Shown here one piece after another: positions 9,852-19,057 of a DNA stretch of 64,000 bases (the first letter of the stretch is position 1; every line of letters starts with the position of its first letter). The DNA comes from a virus (Duplodnaviria; Caudoviricetes). A model generated the notes under the pieces. It did not search any database and was not told where the DNA came from. It worked only from the letters and a program-made list of their open reading frames with translations. Both the position numbers and the translations under genes were made by a program. The stretch spans positions 32,001 through 96,000 of IMG/VR virus record IMGVR_UViG_3300029288_000056. One strand, 5' to 3'.

Positions 9852-10726
9852 GCCACTCTCCTGTATAAAACGTCTTCTGTTATTAAGTCTTCTAAAGTGC
9901 TCAAGAACTGCGCCATGTCGTTATCGTCGAAATTTCCCAATAAACGAATGACGGCGTCTCTATAATTCATTTTAAAGGTTGGGTCGTTCAGGTTAACTTT
10001 GTAACTGTCGATAAAGTCTTCTTCCATTCCCTTGTAACCGGTTAACTGATTGTTAACGTCTTGTATCAGACTGGTGTACAGACCGTTACCGATCTCGTTC
10101 GTCTCAAGGGCCAACAGAAATTCGTCGGCGAAGTTAATATCAGGGATTCGCTCGGAGACTATACTTGCGTAAGTTTCTTGAATCATGTTCTTAATCTCAC
10201 CAAGTATGTCGGCCGTTAGTGTAGGCGCGGTTATTTCAAAGCCCACACCCTCCTTAACTGCGATGTCGTAACTCTCGTCAGTCAGTAACTCGATCTCGCT
10301 AGCCGCTGATCGGGAAAGATCTCTCAACTCATTATCCAGTAAGACTACCAGTTTCCCGTTTCTCAACTGATACGAGTTCCCAAGATCCACAACGATATTA
10401 GCGCTACGCGCCGCTGTTAGTTGATCTCCGAATAAGTACTGCTTTACGGCACGCACTAACTCAAGGCACTGATTGTAGTAGGCCGAAAATCGCTGACTCT
10501 GTTTCAGTGACGTCCCGAACTTGCCATCTGGGTCAAGAACGAGCGGCATCGTATTGTAGTAAATGTCGTTAGCGAAGTGAACTTCGTCGGAGTCCGCCTC
10601 TATAGTCCGCTTCTCTAACTCGAGTGTCTTGTCAATAAACTTTTCTAAGTCTAGATACGGAGACACGATCTTAGCCAGTTCGATGCGGAACCTTACTACG
10701 GCGTTATTTAGAACTTGGTCGTCCAT
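9848..10726 (-). CDS. Hypothetical protein (start revised to ATG 10726)
   Basis: GAGGTG RBS before MDDQ; internal LTAARSA. Confidence 0.7.
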   Translation of the reverse strand: MDDQVLNNAVVRFRIELAKIVSPYLDLEKFIDKTLELEKRTIEADSDEVHFANDIYYNTMPLVLDPDGKFGTSLKQSQRFSAYYNQCLELVRAVKQYLFGDQLTAARSANIVVDLGNSYQLRNGKLVVLLDNELRDLSRSAASEIELLTDESYDIAVKEGVGFEITAPTLTADILGEIKNMIQETYASIVSERIPDINFADEFLLALETNEIGNGLYTSLIQDVNNQLTGYKGMEEDFIDSYKVNLNDPTFKMNYRDAVIRLLGNFDDNDMAQFLSTLEDLITEDVLYRRVA

Positions 10727-11003
10727 TTCCCACCTCATCCCAAAATATTTGAGCTTGATTAGAAATCTCAGCACAAAGTCTGTCAGATGTTATTTCGTCG
10801 GTCGAGTCGTAGAGATTAAGGTAGTCTGTGATCAACCCGTCGATGTTCTTTTTCCCACCGTACTTCGCTTCGGCAATCTCTTGAAGTAGCACGTGTGGCT
10901 TGTCAACTACGGTACCGATGAATGATAGCATCAGTTCAAACTCCTCTTCGGAGAATTCTTGCTTCCACAGGTCTAGTATGTCTTGGGCTATGGTTTTAAT
11001 CAT
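10704..11003 (-). CDS. Hypothetical protein
   Basis: TAATG-coupled ORF. Confidence 0.65.
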   Translation of the reverse strand: MIKTIAQDILDLWKQEFSEEEFELMLSFIGTVVDKPHVLLQEIAEAKYGGKKNIDGLITDYLNLYDSTDEITSDRLCAEISNQAQIFWDEVGNGRPSSK

Positions 11004-11404
11004 TAATGTCCTTGTTGTGCGTGATACGCTTTTAGCGCGTCCTTCGCTTTTTCTTTAGAGTCATATACTGCTGGCCAAAGCTTACCAGTCTTGTGGGATT
11101 TAACTCTCCAATCCTCGCCTCGTTTAACGACCATGTGTTTCTTAGCGTCTAGGTCTCGGCGAGAAGCATTGGTGTTTTGCTTTTCATGCCTTAGGGCTAA
11201 CTCACTATGAATAATGGGTTCTAGCCTATCCATTTCATATTTACAATCATCGAATGCTCTGGCAAACGATTCTAGATCACCGTCCTCTAAAATATTAGGA
11301 GCTTGAATGTGAGAAAGAATATCTGTTAGCTTAATTAGCAAACTAAAGGTTTCATTAGTAATAGATGATGCATTCAATCTGGTATGATTACCAAAGTATC
11401 TCAT
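11003..11404 (-). CDS. Two-module hypothetical, tag A variant; basic C-terminal mini-domain
   Basis: MRYFGNHTRLNAS; linker NASRRDLDA. Confidence 0.75.
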   Translation of the reverse strand: MRYFGNHTRLNASSITNETFSLLIKLTDILSHIQAPNILEDGDLESFARAFDDCKYEMDRLEPIIHSELALRHEKQNTNASRRDLDAKKHMVVKRGEDWRVKSHKTGKLWPAVYDSKEKAKDALKAYHAQQGH

Positions 11405-11413
11405 TTTACCCTC

Positions 11414-11701
11414 CTATATGCTGCTGTGGTACTCATCCGCCCCCACCTTTGTATTTGGAAGCCCAATATTAGGGACTTCTAATGCAAGATTTATTAAAGC
11501 CTCAATCCATCTTGCTGCTTCTGGGTTTGTGTCCTTGAAGTGGCTATAAAGTGTGTCAAGCTTTCCGTTCTCAGAAAGTCCTTGAACTCCCCAAATAATA
11601 GCCCTGAGCTGTTTCTCTGGAGTGTCATCTATACCTTCTCTATCAGTGAGATAATCCTCCATTGGATCTCCGGCGTTTAAAAATTGTGTTAATTTTCCCA
11701 T
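11414..11701 (-). CDS. Hypothetical, tag B
   Basis: MGKLTQFLNA. Confidence 0.8.
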   Translation of the reverse strand: MGKLTQFLNAGDPMEDYLTDREGIDDTPEKQLRAIIWGVQGLSENGKLDTLYSHFKDTNPEAARWIEALINLALEVPNIGLPNTKVGADEYHSSI

Positions 11702-12138
11702 TATTCCTCCTGTAAAAACATATTGTATAATTCTTCTATTGCGCTAGCCATGATACCCATGTTATACTCATTGGTTTCGTCGCTGTTAAGTGCTATACCT
11801 ACCGAGGCGTTGAACAACTTGTCACCCGTGATGTAGATGTTAAAGTCGCCCTGCACGTCGTCGATAGCGCCCCAAAAGTCGTATTCCACCTGCACCTTAA
11901 GGCTACTTTGCTCACAAGCTTTAGTTAGGCTCGCCAGTCTATCCCTAAATCTCGAAGGTGGTATTTCGGGTACCACGAAACACGGCACTTCCCATAAATA
12001 CTGAAGTTCGTTTTCCTTAGCATCGGTTGTAGCTGTCTTGCCGTCTAAAAGATCACGGAACTTTCTATTTAAAATGATCTCGATCTCAGGATTCAAGTCC
12101 TGAAGACACGTAGTCTTTGTTTCATTATCCCACATCAT
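11701..12138 (-). CDS. Hypothetical protein
   Basis: GGAGG RBS, untagged. Confidence 0.7.
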   Translation of the reverse strand: MMWDNETKTTCLQDLNPEIEIILNRKFRDLLDGKTATTDAKENELQYLWEVPCFVVPEIPPSRFRDRLASLTKACEQSSLKVQVEYDFWGAIDDVQGDFNIYITGDKLFNASVGIALNSDETNEYNMGIMASAIEELYNMFLQEE

Positions 12139-12721
12139 TTTCCTCCTTTTGTTCTTCTTTTATCCATCTTTTGTTATTTATGACAGCCCCAATTTGAGCT
12201 CGCGCAACGCTAAATATTTTAGCGAGAGTTCTTTGGCTAAAACATCCGGTGGAATACATTTTACGGATTAAATCTGCAACTTCTATTGTTAACTTAGCGC
12301 GGTAATGCTGTTCTCCATGAGACTTATTCCCTCTACCTTTATTATACATATCTCGCTGATTATCATTATTTGTGCCCAAAAACAGGTGTTCCGGATTCAC
12401 GCAGGACGGGTTATCACAATGATGACAAACAAACATTCCTTCTGGAATTTCTCCGTTAGCTATCATCCAAGAAACACGATGTGGTTTTTCTACCTTACCA
12501 TTATATCCAATCCTACCGTATCCTTTACCGTCTTTGTAACCAGTCCAAATCCAACAACTATCAGTTTTATGCACTTTTTCCCACAACCTTTCATCTATGG
12601 GTCTATACATACCATTATTATACCCTTTTCCGTTATGTCCACTGATGTATTTTGGTTCGGTGTATTTATGCCAAGATTTCCATCTAATACTCTCACCACA
12701 ACCACACATGCAAATACTCAT
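12125..12721 (-). CDS. HNH homing endonuclease
   Basis: CWIWTG, HRVSW, CHHCDNPSCVNPEHL..GT..DN; CMCGCG N-terminus; HTH-like C-terminus. Confidence 0.9.
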   Translation of the reverse strand: MSICMCGCGESIRWKSWHKYTEPKYISGHNGKGYNNGMYRPIDERLWEKVHKTDSCWIWTGYKDGKGYGRIGYNGKVEKPHRVSWMIANGEIPEGMFVCHHCDNPSCVNPEHLFLGTNNDNQRDMYNKGRGNKSHGEQHYRAKLTIEVADLIRKMYSTGCFSQRTLAKIFSVARAQIGAVINNKRWIKEEQKEENDVG

Positions 12722-12729
12722 TTTACCAC

Positions 12730-12963
12730 CTATCCAGCATCATTAGGTTTAGAATCGCAGTTAGGCATTATTTTGTTTTTCTCTATACCACTAAACTTAG
12801 AGGCACTTTTTCCGCCCACATATATACCAGCCACGAAAGTGATCCCCGTGATTGTTGTTTCTATATAATCCCCCACACCAAATAGAATAACCGACAGTAA
12901 CCCCAGTGAAAAGATAAAGAGGATACTGAAAGCGGCCACGATAAAGCGAGAGGATTTAAACAT
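12730..12963 (-). CDS. Two-TM small membrane protein (holin candidate)
   Basis: Two hydrophobic helices and a charged C-terminal tail. Confidence 0.6.
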   Translation of the reverse strand: MFKSSRFIVAAFSILFIFSLGLLSVILFGVGDYIETTITGITFVAGIYVGGKSASKFSGIEKNKIMPNCDSKPNDAG

Positions 12964-12967
12964 AGTA

Positions 12968-13321
12968 TCACCAAGCTCCAAAGGGATCGTCTCTAATAGG
13001 ATCCACTATATCGGTTATAATGCACGTCCAAGTGCCTTTTGGATTTTCTTCAAAATCTGCTATTCTATAATCTGTTCCCTTTATTCCTTTTGTTATTCTT
13101 TTTATTATTTCGTTAGTAGAAGAATCTACTGAACATTGCACTGTTAATTTATAACCATTCTCGTCATTTTGCAAATTCACTGTAAAAACACTACCCAACG
13201 ATTCTTGGATCCTATTTTTAATATCATCAGAGGTAATATTATGTTTATGAAAACCAAAAAAAGCGTTAAGCTGATACTCAGCCTTATACTTTAATACTTT
13301 CTTTTTCTGATATGCGTTCAT
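12968..13321 (-). CDS. Hypothetical with basic leader ending in LNA
   Basis: MNAYQKKKVLKYKAEYQLNA. Confidence 0.7.
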   Translation of the reverse strand: MNAYQKKKVLKYKAEYQLNAFFGFHKHNITSDDIKNRIQESLGSVFTVNLQNDENGYKLTVQCSVDSSTNEIIKRITKGIKGTDYRIADFEENPKGTWTCIITDIVDPIRDDPFGAW

Positions 13322-13330
13322 ATTATCTCC

Positions 13331-13543
13331 TTAGAAGTGGGATGTTATCTTGAATAGTGGTTTATTAGATCCTGCCGGTCCCGCCCCTAACGTTCCTCTC
13401 CCTAACTCAAACAGTTTTTGGAGTTCAAAAATTAGGCCACTAAGATCGGTGATGCGAATATCACCAGAGATTTTTTTAAGGATCTCTTTTATTTGAATGT
13501 CGGTGTCTGGCTGTTCAAAGTACGCATTCTTTAAATACTTCAT
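13331..13543 (-). CDS. Small hypothetical, tag A
   Basis: MKYLKNA. Confidence 0.75.
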   Translation of the reverse strand: MKYLKNAYFEQPDTDIQIKEILKKISGDIRITDLSGLIFELQKLFELGRGTLGAGPAGSNKPLFKITSHF

Positions 13544-13851
13544 ACGTGAAATCCCTTCTCTGGTGAAAATTTATGTAGATTAAATGGTATAGGAACGATC
13601 TCTGAATCCTCCAACACCCATCCGCTCAGCGACTCGCCTTTTGAGACTAGGTAGTTGTCACTCACTTGCTCGTAAGGAACTGCCATCATCTTATCTACTG
13701 TGTACCAATCGGCATCCAAAATCTGTTCAACAGCGTCATAGAATTCTTGCTCCTCTTTGTCGAATTTAACACTCCCAATAGAGTCTAGGTATTGTTGCGC
13801 AAGGTCTACATCGTCGAGAGATGGAAGAAGGACTAAGTCTGAAATGTTCAT
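13540..13851 (-). CDS. Acidic hypothetical (start revised to 13851)
   Basis: TAATG overlap with upstream stop. Confidence 0.65.
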   Translation of the reverse strand: MNISDLVLLPSLDDVDLAQQYLDSIGSVKFDKEEQEFYDAVEQILDADWYTVDKMMAVPYEQVSDNYLVSKGESLSGWVLEDSEIVPIPFNLHKFSPEKGFHV

Positions 13852-14105
13852 TAAAAGTCTGAAGTCCAACTATCACTAATACTTATATCTTTAATCGTTA
13901 CGCCGGGAGTAAACGACTCCGATTTCACCGATTGGATAAGTCTCCTAAGTTGTTCTAATATCTTATTTATGTCCGCCACGCTTACGCGATTTTTCTCTCT
14001 TTTATAAGACGTATCATATTCTATGTCAATATATAGATCACAGAACACCGTTCCGTTTACTACATTTTCTTTCTCCGCTTCTAGTTTTTTACCAAAGTAT
14101 TTCAT
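13851..14105 (-). CDS. Small hypothetical, tag A variant
   Basis: MKYFGKKLEA. Confidence 0.75.
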   Translation of the reverse strand: MKYFGKKLEAEKENVVNGTVFCDLYIDIEYDTSYKREKNRVSVADINKILEQLRRLIQSVKSESFTPGVTIKDISISDSWTSDF

Positions 14106-14112
14106 TTTTCTC

Positions 14113-15684
14113 CTAATCTACGTTGAAGTATTTCATACAAGTAGCGAGAAGTTCGTCATAATCTCCCGCCGTGGCTTCATTCATAAATTCGTCTATCTGC
14201 TCTTTAGACCAGCCCGCTTTGCGCGCTGCTCTCTGCGCAAGACCCAGTACGTTAAAAGCGTTGCCGTCTTGGTCTACTAAGGTTAGAGGTGGTTTATCGG
14301 TCGGAATCGCTGCATCTAATTTTTCACGCGAAGCTGCAATCTGGTCTGGTTCTAATACGATTGTCCATCCATCATACCCTTCGCCATGAACAATATTAAT
14401 ACAGTGATATCCAAACCCCAATAAAACACTGTCAACCCTGTTAACTGGATTAAGTATTGTTGGGTCAAGAGCTTCAGTTCCTTCTGGTTCATAAGGGTCT
14501 AAAACATCAATTAGTAAACCTCCGGACTCGTCTTCCCTTACTTGGCCCACATGCCAGCCATCCCGATTTAAGACGTCGGTAATTCGTTGTTTGATATCTC
14601 CTGCAGCCTCGAGCTTCTGTTTGGATGCACTTAAACTCTCATCTGGTCCTATAAGGATCTTCCACCCGCGCGCATCCGGTTCAATGTCTATAACCCCTTG
14701 ACCGAATGGGCCGAGTTTTTCGTCTAACCCTGATTCTAAACCAACGATCTCGTCGTCGTCGGCATAGTCGAAACCGCTCTTGCCGCCTTCGTTGATTATC
14801 ATTCCGAACTTACCAGAGTTGGGGAAAATTTGTTCCCACACTACCCTGTATCCAAGACCCTCAACGTAATCTTTTGCTACGTTTTCTGGATGGTCTAAAA
14901 GAGCGGCTTGGAGTTTACCGCGAGATGCGTTTTTAAAATATTTCATGGTTTCCCCTTTATTTGCTGTTAATTTATGTACTATTGATATTGTAAAGTCGCT
15001 GAAGATCCCTTCATCATCGGTGGTAACTACGTTTTCTACGTAGTAGCCTTTACCCATAATGTTTAGGGCTTTCTGAACCTCTTGTTTTACCCGGTCTGCG
15101 TGCCAAGCCGTATGGCAGCGCACGTTAAATAGACTGCCTTGAGTCGTCTCTGTGACGCTGTCCACGTTTATGCCGTTGAGCGCGAGTGCATTTGATATCT
15201 CGGTCGTCACTCCACCTTCTCCGATGAGAAAGTTAAAAAGCTTATTAGTTAGACTTGCTTTCAATGACTCTCCTTCCAGTGAGATCTTGTCAATCTCTTG
15301 CTGAAGCTCTCCTAAAATCTTTGTCAGAGAAACATTAAGCTTATCGTTCAGTTCTTTTCTGCCGTCAAAATCGAAAGAATCGTCGTCGTAGAATAGGTCG
15401 TTTGGTTTGATGTAGTCTATACTGCCTATAACCCGACACATCATTGTATCAAAGGTGTTGTTTTCGTTCTCCGGCCGATAGAAACAGACGTCTACGTCAA
15501 CCCATGCACTTTCGTCTTCGTAAGTTATGGGAAAACGAGAGGAGATACCGTAGTCAAATTCGCCCTCTATGGCAAAAAAGTCCGGCGAAACTCCATCAGA
15601 AATGATGCCACAATGCTTTAGGAATTCTCGCGTAAGGGCTAGGTACTGATCTCTCTCAACATCAACTACTTTACTTTCGGCCAT
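14113..15684 (-). CDS. Five-module putative polyprotein carrying both tags
   Basis: Linkers LKASLTNKLFNFL, MKYFKNASRGKLQA (ATG at 14946), LSASKQKLEA, IAASREKLDA. Last module DGNAFNVLG...GDYDELL. Confidence 0.8.
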   Translation of the reverse strand: MAESKVVDVERDQYLALTREFLKHCGIISDGVSPDFFAIEGEFDYGISSRFPITYEDESAWVDVDVCFYRPENENNTFDTMMCRVIGSIDYIKPNDLFYDDDSFDFDGRKELNDKLNVSLTKILGELQQEIDKISLEGESLKASLTNKLFNFLIGEGGVTTEISNALALNGINVDSVTETTQGSLFNVRCHTAWHADRVKQEVQKALNIMGKGYYVENVVTTDDEGIFSDFTISIVHKLTANKGETMKYFKNASRGKLQAALLDHPENVAKDYVEGLGYRVVWEQIFPNSGKFGMIINEGGKSGFDYADDDEIVGLESGLDEKLGPFGQGVIDIEPDARGWKILIGPDESLSASKQKLEAAGDIKQRITDVLNRDGWHVGQVREDESGGLLIDVLDPYEPEGTEALDPTILNPVNRVDSVLLGFGYHCINIVHGEGYDGWTIVLEPDQIAASREKLDAAIPTDKPPLTLVDQDGNAFNVLGLAQRAARKAGWSKEQIDEFMNEATAGDYDELLATCMKYFNVD

Positions 15685-16138
15685 TTAGCTTGTCGTCCAT
15701 ACTATAGGCGTCGCCGCCGGTTTCGGTGACAAAGTCCTTGTCGTCAATCTGGTCTATGTCGTTAAACTTCTCATAGTTCTCAGAGTCGTCGGTGTTGGGC
15801 AGTTCGTTATCGTAGTCGTCCACGAACATCTTCAGTTTCGCATTAGCGGAACCGTCGTTGTCTGAGACTAACTCGTCCATTGTGGTTGCGAGATTCTCAA
15901 TCGCGTAGTCCAACCCGGCAATGACACTGTTAAGAACATCTTCTTGATCCGTGCCACTAAAGACGGAAAGACCGTCAATGAGCTGATTTTGAAGGCTCGT
16001 CAATAAGTCGTATTTGTCACCCAAGTCGTAGCCGATCTGATCAAGTTGCTGATAGATGCTGCGGATCTTGGTTGAAGTGTTCTTAAGACTCATGTCCTCT
16101 GCTTGGGCATGAAGCATTTGCCAAAATTTATTGTTCAT
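15671..16138 (-). CDS. Very acidic helical hypothetical
   Basis: MNNKFWQMLHA leader; D/E-rich. Confidence 0.7.
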   Translation of the reverse strand: MNNKFWQMLHAQAEDMSLKNTSTKIRSIYQQLDQIGYDLGDKYDLLTSLQNQLIDGLSVFSGTDQEDVLNSVIAGLDYAIENLATTMDELVSDNDGSANAKLKMFVDDYDNELPNTDDSENYEKFNDIDQIDDKDFVTETGGDAYSMDDKLNGRK

Positions 16139-16149
16139 TATTCTCCTTT

Positions 16150-16911
16150 TTATGCGTGATAAAAACCATCTTCTACGGAAAATCTCTTAAGAGGTTGGTC
16201 AATTTTATATATCTCACCATTATCTGAAAACTTCTGTAGTTCTTCGGGTTCAAAATGCTCATATATGTCTGCCCAATCTGAATTTAACAAACCTATATTA
16301 TCAGTGTAAGGTGTGAACAATTCCCCTGAATTTCCGAATTCATACCAATCTTGCTGCATAATTGCTTCAATATCTTTTTTAACTTCTTCGGTGGTAAAAT
16401 TAGAGCCTACAAAATCCGGTATCCAAACCAACTTACCTGTATCAACAGGGTCTCCATTTTGATCTACATATTTACCGATTTCGGCTTCTAACTTATTCTT
16501 TGATGCGTTTCCCATCGGGTAATTCTCTATTTCATCTTCTGGGGAATTTTCCACGATCTGTCTGATTTGTTCGTCGCTAAAGAAACCGTCTATAACGCCA
16601 TCGGTTACATCGTCGAACATTTTTAAAAACTGTTCCTCAAATTCGGGTGCGTTGTAAAACCGAATAACGTATTCCGGAAACGTTTCTTCACCGACCGGAC
16701 CGTTGACCGTGATTTGTCCGTTAGAGATGTTGGTAATCTCCGAGTAGTCGCTAGGGCTGGCTGGACTTGACACCATATTCCCAACCTCGTACTGGCTAGG
16801 CTCGGTTTGCCAATCTATTGCAGCCTGAAGCTTAGACGCACTAATGTTTGTGCCGTTAATCAGATTAGAAACGATTTCCTTAACCTTATCGGCATTTTTT
16901 ATGTATTGCAT
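16150..16911 (-). CDS. Multi-module hypothetical, tag A variant
   Basis: MQYIKNA; ISASKLQA; NASKNKLEA. Confidence 0.75.
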   Translation of the reverse strand: MQYIKNADKVKEIVSNLINGTNISASKLQAAIDWQTEPSQYEVGNMVSSPASPSDYSEITNISNGQITVNGPVGEETFPEYVIRFYNAPEFEEQFLKMFDDVTDGVIDGFFSDEQIRQIVENSPEDEIENYPMGNASKNKLEAEIGKYVDQNGDPVDTGKLVWIPDFVGSNFTTEEVKKDIEAIMQQDWYEFGNSGELFTPYTDNIGLLNSDWADIYEHFEPEELQKFSDNGEIYKIDQPLKRFSVEDGFYHA

Positions 16912-16920
16912 AGTATCTCC

Positions 16921-17064
16921 TTATTCAATGTAGTCTTCGCGCGCTTCATGCCCGTCGAAGTCGTCGGGCAGGTACTGAAGAGCCTCTTCTAAAATGTAGT
17001 TCCTGTTAACATACTCAAAGTAGCTAACTGCGTCTAGCCTACTTATATCTTCGTCGTCGTTCAT
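16921..17064 (-). CDS. 47-aa acidic protein (not in ORF track)
   Basis: MNDDEDISRLDAVSYFEY...EDYIE; ATGA-coupled and fills the gap exactly. Confidence 0.6.
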   Translation of the reverse strand: MNDDEDISRLDAVSYFEYVNRNYILEEALQYLPDDFDGHEAREDYIE

Positions 17065-17486
17065 TTTGCTAAAATTTTCTCAAAGGTAGCTGTGCCGGGG
17101 ATAGAGCAATCAATGTCGTCAAGCACACTCTTAAACCGTTTATTGCCCGCATTAACTTGCTGCCACGCAAACTCTTCCTCGAGCTCGCCGATCTTAGCAA
17201 TAAGACTTGTTGCCTGAAAACCTATCGTTCCGTAAGTCTGAACGACGTAGGTTCTTATCTTTTTAGCAATAGACCCAAAGGTCAGAATTGTAATCACATA
17301 TAGCCACGCTTCTACATCAGGACTTGCCGCTATACTCGCTGCGTCGATGTCCTCATAGGGAACGTTGATTTTCGTATTCTTTCGTAAATATGAAATTATA
17401 TCTGCGATTGATACGCCCCATCTTTGGGCGATGTCAAGCTTTGATTTAAGTAACTTAACATCTTGATTCGTAAATTTATCTGCCAT
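17061..17486 (-). CDS. Hypothetical protein
   Basis: AGGAGG RBS. Confidence 0.7.
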   Translation of the reverse strand: MADKFTNQDVKLLKSKLDIAQRWGVSIADIISYLRKNTKINVPYEDIDAASIAASPDVEAWLYVITILTFGSIAKKIRTYVVQTYGTIGFQATSLIAKIGELEEEFAWQQVNAGNKRFKSVLDDIDCSIPGTATFEKILAK

Positions 17487-17528
17487 ATTAATCCTCCTGA
17501 TACGATTGTATAATAGTTGTTATTTGCA

Positions 17529-18140
17529 CTAATTAGTCTTTCTTTTTTTTCGCTCTGTTACTTCGGCTTTTACAAACTCGCAGGCGTATCCGCGCTCAAT
17601 AAGCTCTTGCATAATCGCATTTCGTTCGTCTTCGGCAGGGCAAGTTACCATGAATTTATACGAAGCTTCATCGGTCGCTTGTTCGTTGTTGGCGCGATTC
17701 ATTCGGTCCTGCTCTTCTTGTAGGGCTTTCTTCATCTCGTCTTCCGAATACTGCCAGCTGAGGTCAATTCCGTCAAGCACGTCTTGCGCTAAGACTTCGG
17801 CGTCGAGATCATAGTCCAGTTCACTAACCCGGTTATCGGCGTAGACTAATGAACGAGCCTTTCCACCTACGTCATCCTCTAGATTAAGGTCGGTCCTCTT
17901 TACTATCACTAGTTCGTGACCGTCAGTTTCTACGACCCTTACCTTAAGACCCATCTCGTTCGCTTTTTGCGCCGTCTTGTTTCCACAGAGGACTTCGTTG
18001 TTAACGTCTACCACAATACTTCTACCAGCACCAAGTTTGTGCAACGAATCGTCTAACACTTTGTTTCCACGTTCCGAACCCTTATTCGGATTCCTCCGCA
18101 GTAACTTAACGTCGTCAAGCGATTTGATTTCTTTACTCAT
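17529..18140 (-). CDS. ParB/Srx-like domain protein
   Basis: NPNKG..SL.KLGAGRSIVVD..VLCGNKT..ADNR. Confidence 0.75.
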   Translation of the reverse strand: MSKEIKSLDDVKLLRRNPNKGSERGNKVLDDSLHKLGAGRSIVVDVNNEVLCGNKTAQKANEMGLKVRVVETDGHELVIVKRTDLNLEDDVGGKARSLVYADNRVSELDYDLDAEVLAQDVLDGIDLSWQYSEDEMKKALQEEQDRMNRANNEQATDEASYKFMVTCPAEDERNAIMQELIERGYACEFVKAEVTERKKRKTN

Positions 18141-18141
18141 G

Positions 18142-18858
18142 TTAACTCCTTAACACATTAAAGTACTTATATTTACTCGCTACCGTCAGTGCGGTATCGG
18201 TTTTTAACTTATTTAATACGGACTCTACGTCCGGTTTGATACTACTCAGGTCGTTCTCGTTCAAAAAGCTGGTCCACACTTCGTAACGCGGGGCCGAGTC
18301 TGTATGCAGAAAGCCTTGAATCTTGCAGCCGATCCTTCCGTATCTCATGTTAGTGGGACTGTCGGTCTTGTAGAAGAACAGCTTTACGATGACGGGCTTT
18401 GCAATCTCCACGTCAGCACTGACACCGTAGTTAGCGTTTTCCAACTGCGCGCCCTTCAACTCACTGATCAAACCACGTCGCCTAAAGACTGTCTGTATCG
18501 ACTGTTGTAAAAGGACGGCCGCGTCCTCTAAGATAAAGCCTTGCTCGTCGCGATAAGAATTCAGAATAATGGTTGAGATGTAGTCTATGTTCGAGACCAC
18601 GGCGTTTCGGTCGATCGTCTCCGGCGTTACGAAGACTTTAATACCGTACAGGGTCGCTCGGTACGTCACCGTCACGATTGCGTTTACGTAAATGCTTTGT
18701 ATCGCACCCTGCAATTCCGTGAGAAAGGCATCCGCTCCGATTGAGGCTTCTGCCTCCGCTTTCGTGGTCGTTCCAACCCACACCTCAATCGTCATCGCGT
18801 CTTGAATGACGGGATGATTGCGGTAGAGATTAGATCGCTTTGAGACGTTGCGCGGCAT
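18142..18858 (-). CDS. Hypothetical with C-terminal tag-A-like segment
   Basis: Ends TVASKYKYFNVLRS. Confidence 0.7.
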   Translation of the reverse strand: MPRNVSKRSNLYRNHPVIQDAMTIEVWVGTTTKAEAEASIGADAFLTELQGAIQSIYVNAIVTVTYRATLYGIKVFVTPETIDRNAVVSNIDYISTIILNSYRDEQGFILEDAAVLLQQSIQTVFRRRGLISELKGAQLENANYGVSADVEIAKPVIVKLFFYKTDSPTNMRYGRIGCKIQGFLHTDSAPRYEVWTSFLNENDLSSIKPDVESVLNKLKTDTALTVASKYKYFNVLRS

Positions 18859-18864
18859 TATTTC

Positions 18865-19056
18865 CTATACTAAGTTCATTTTAGCGTCTTCTAATAGAAC
18901 GATGACGTCTTCGATCAAATCAACGATTCGTTCGTCTATGTCGTTACTTTCGATTATACCTTTTAAAAGGGTAATGGAGTCACTAACCTCATTATATGTC
19001 TGTGATTCTATACTTGGCGGTGGGCCATCAAACCCTGCGTTTTTAAAGTATTTCAT
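18865..19056 (-). CDS. Small acidic protein, tag A
   Basis: MKYFKNAGFDG. Confidence 0.8.
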   Translation of the reverse strand: MKYFKNAGFDGPPPSIESQTYNEVSDSITLLKGIIESNDIDERIVDLIEDVIVLLEDAKMNLV

Positions 19057-19057
19057 T

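Noticed and set aside
14113-14140. C-terminal CMKYFNVD as another tag A copy
   Set aside because: It falls at the natural end of the DGNAF-type module with no separating linker; may be coincidental, so not counted.
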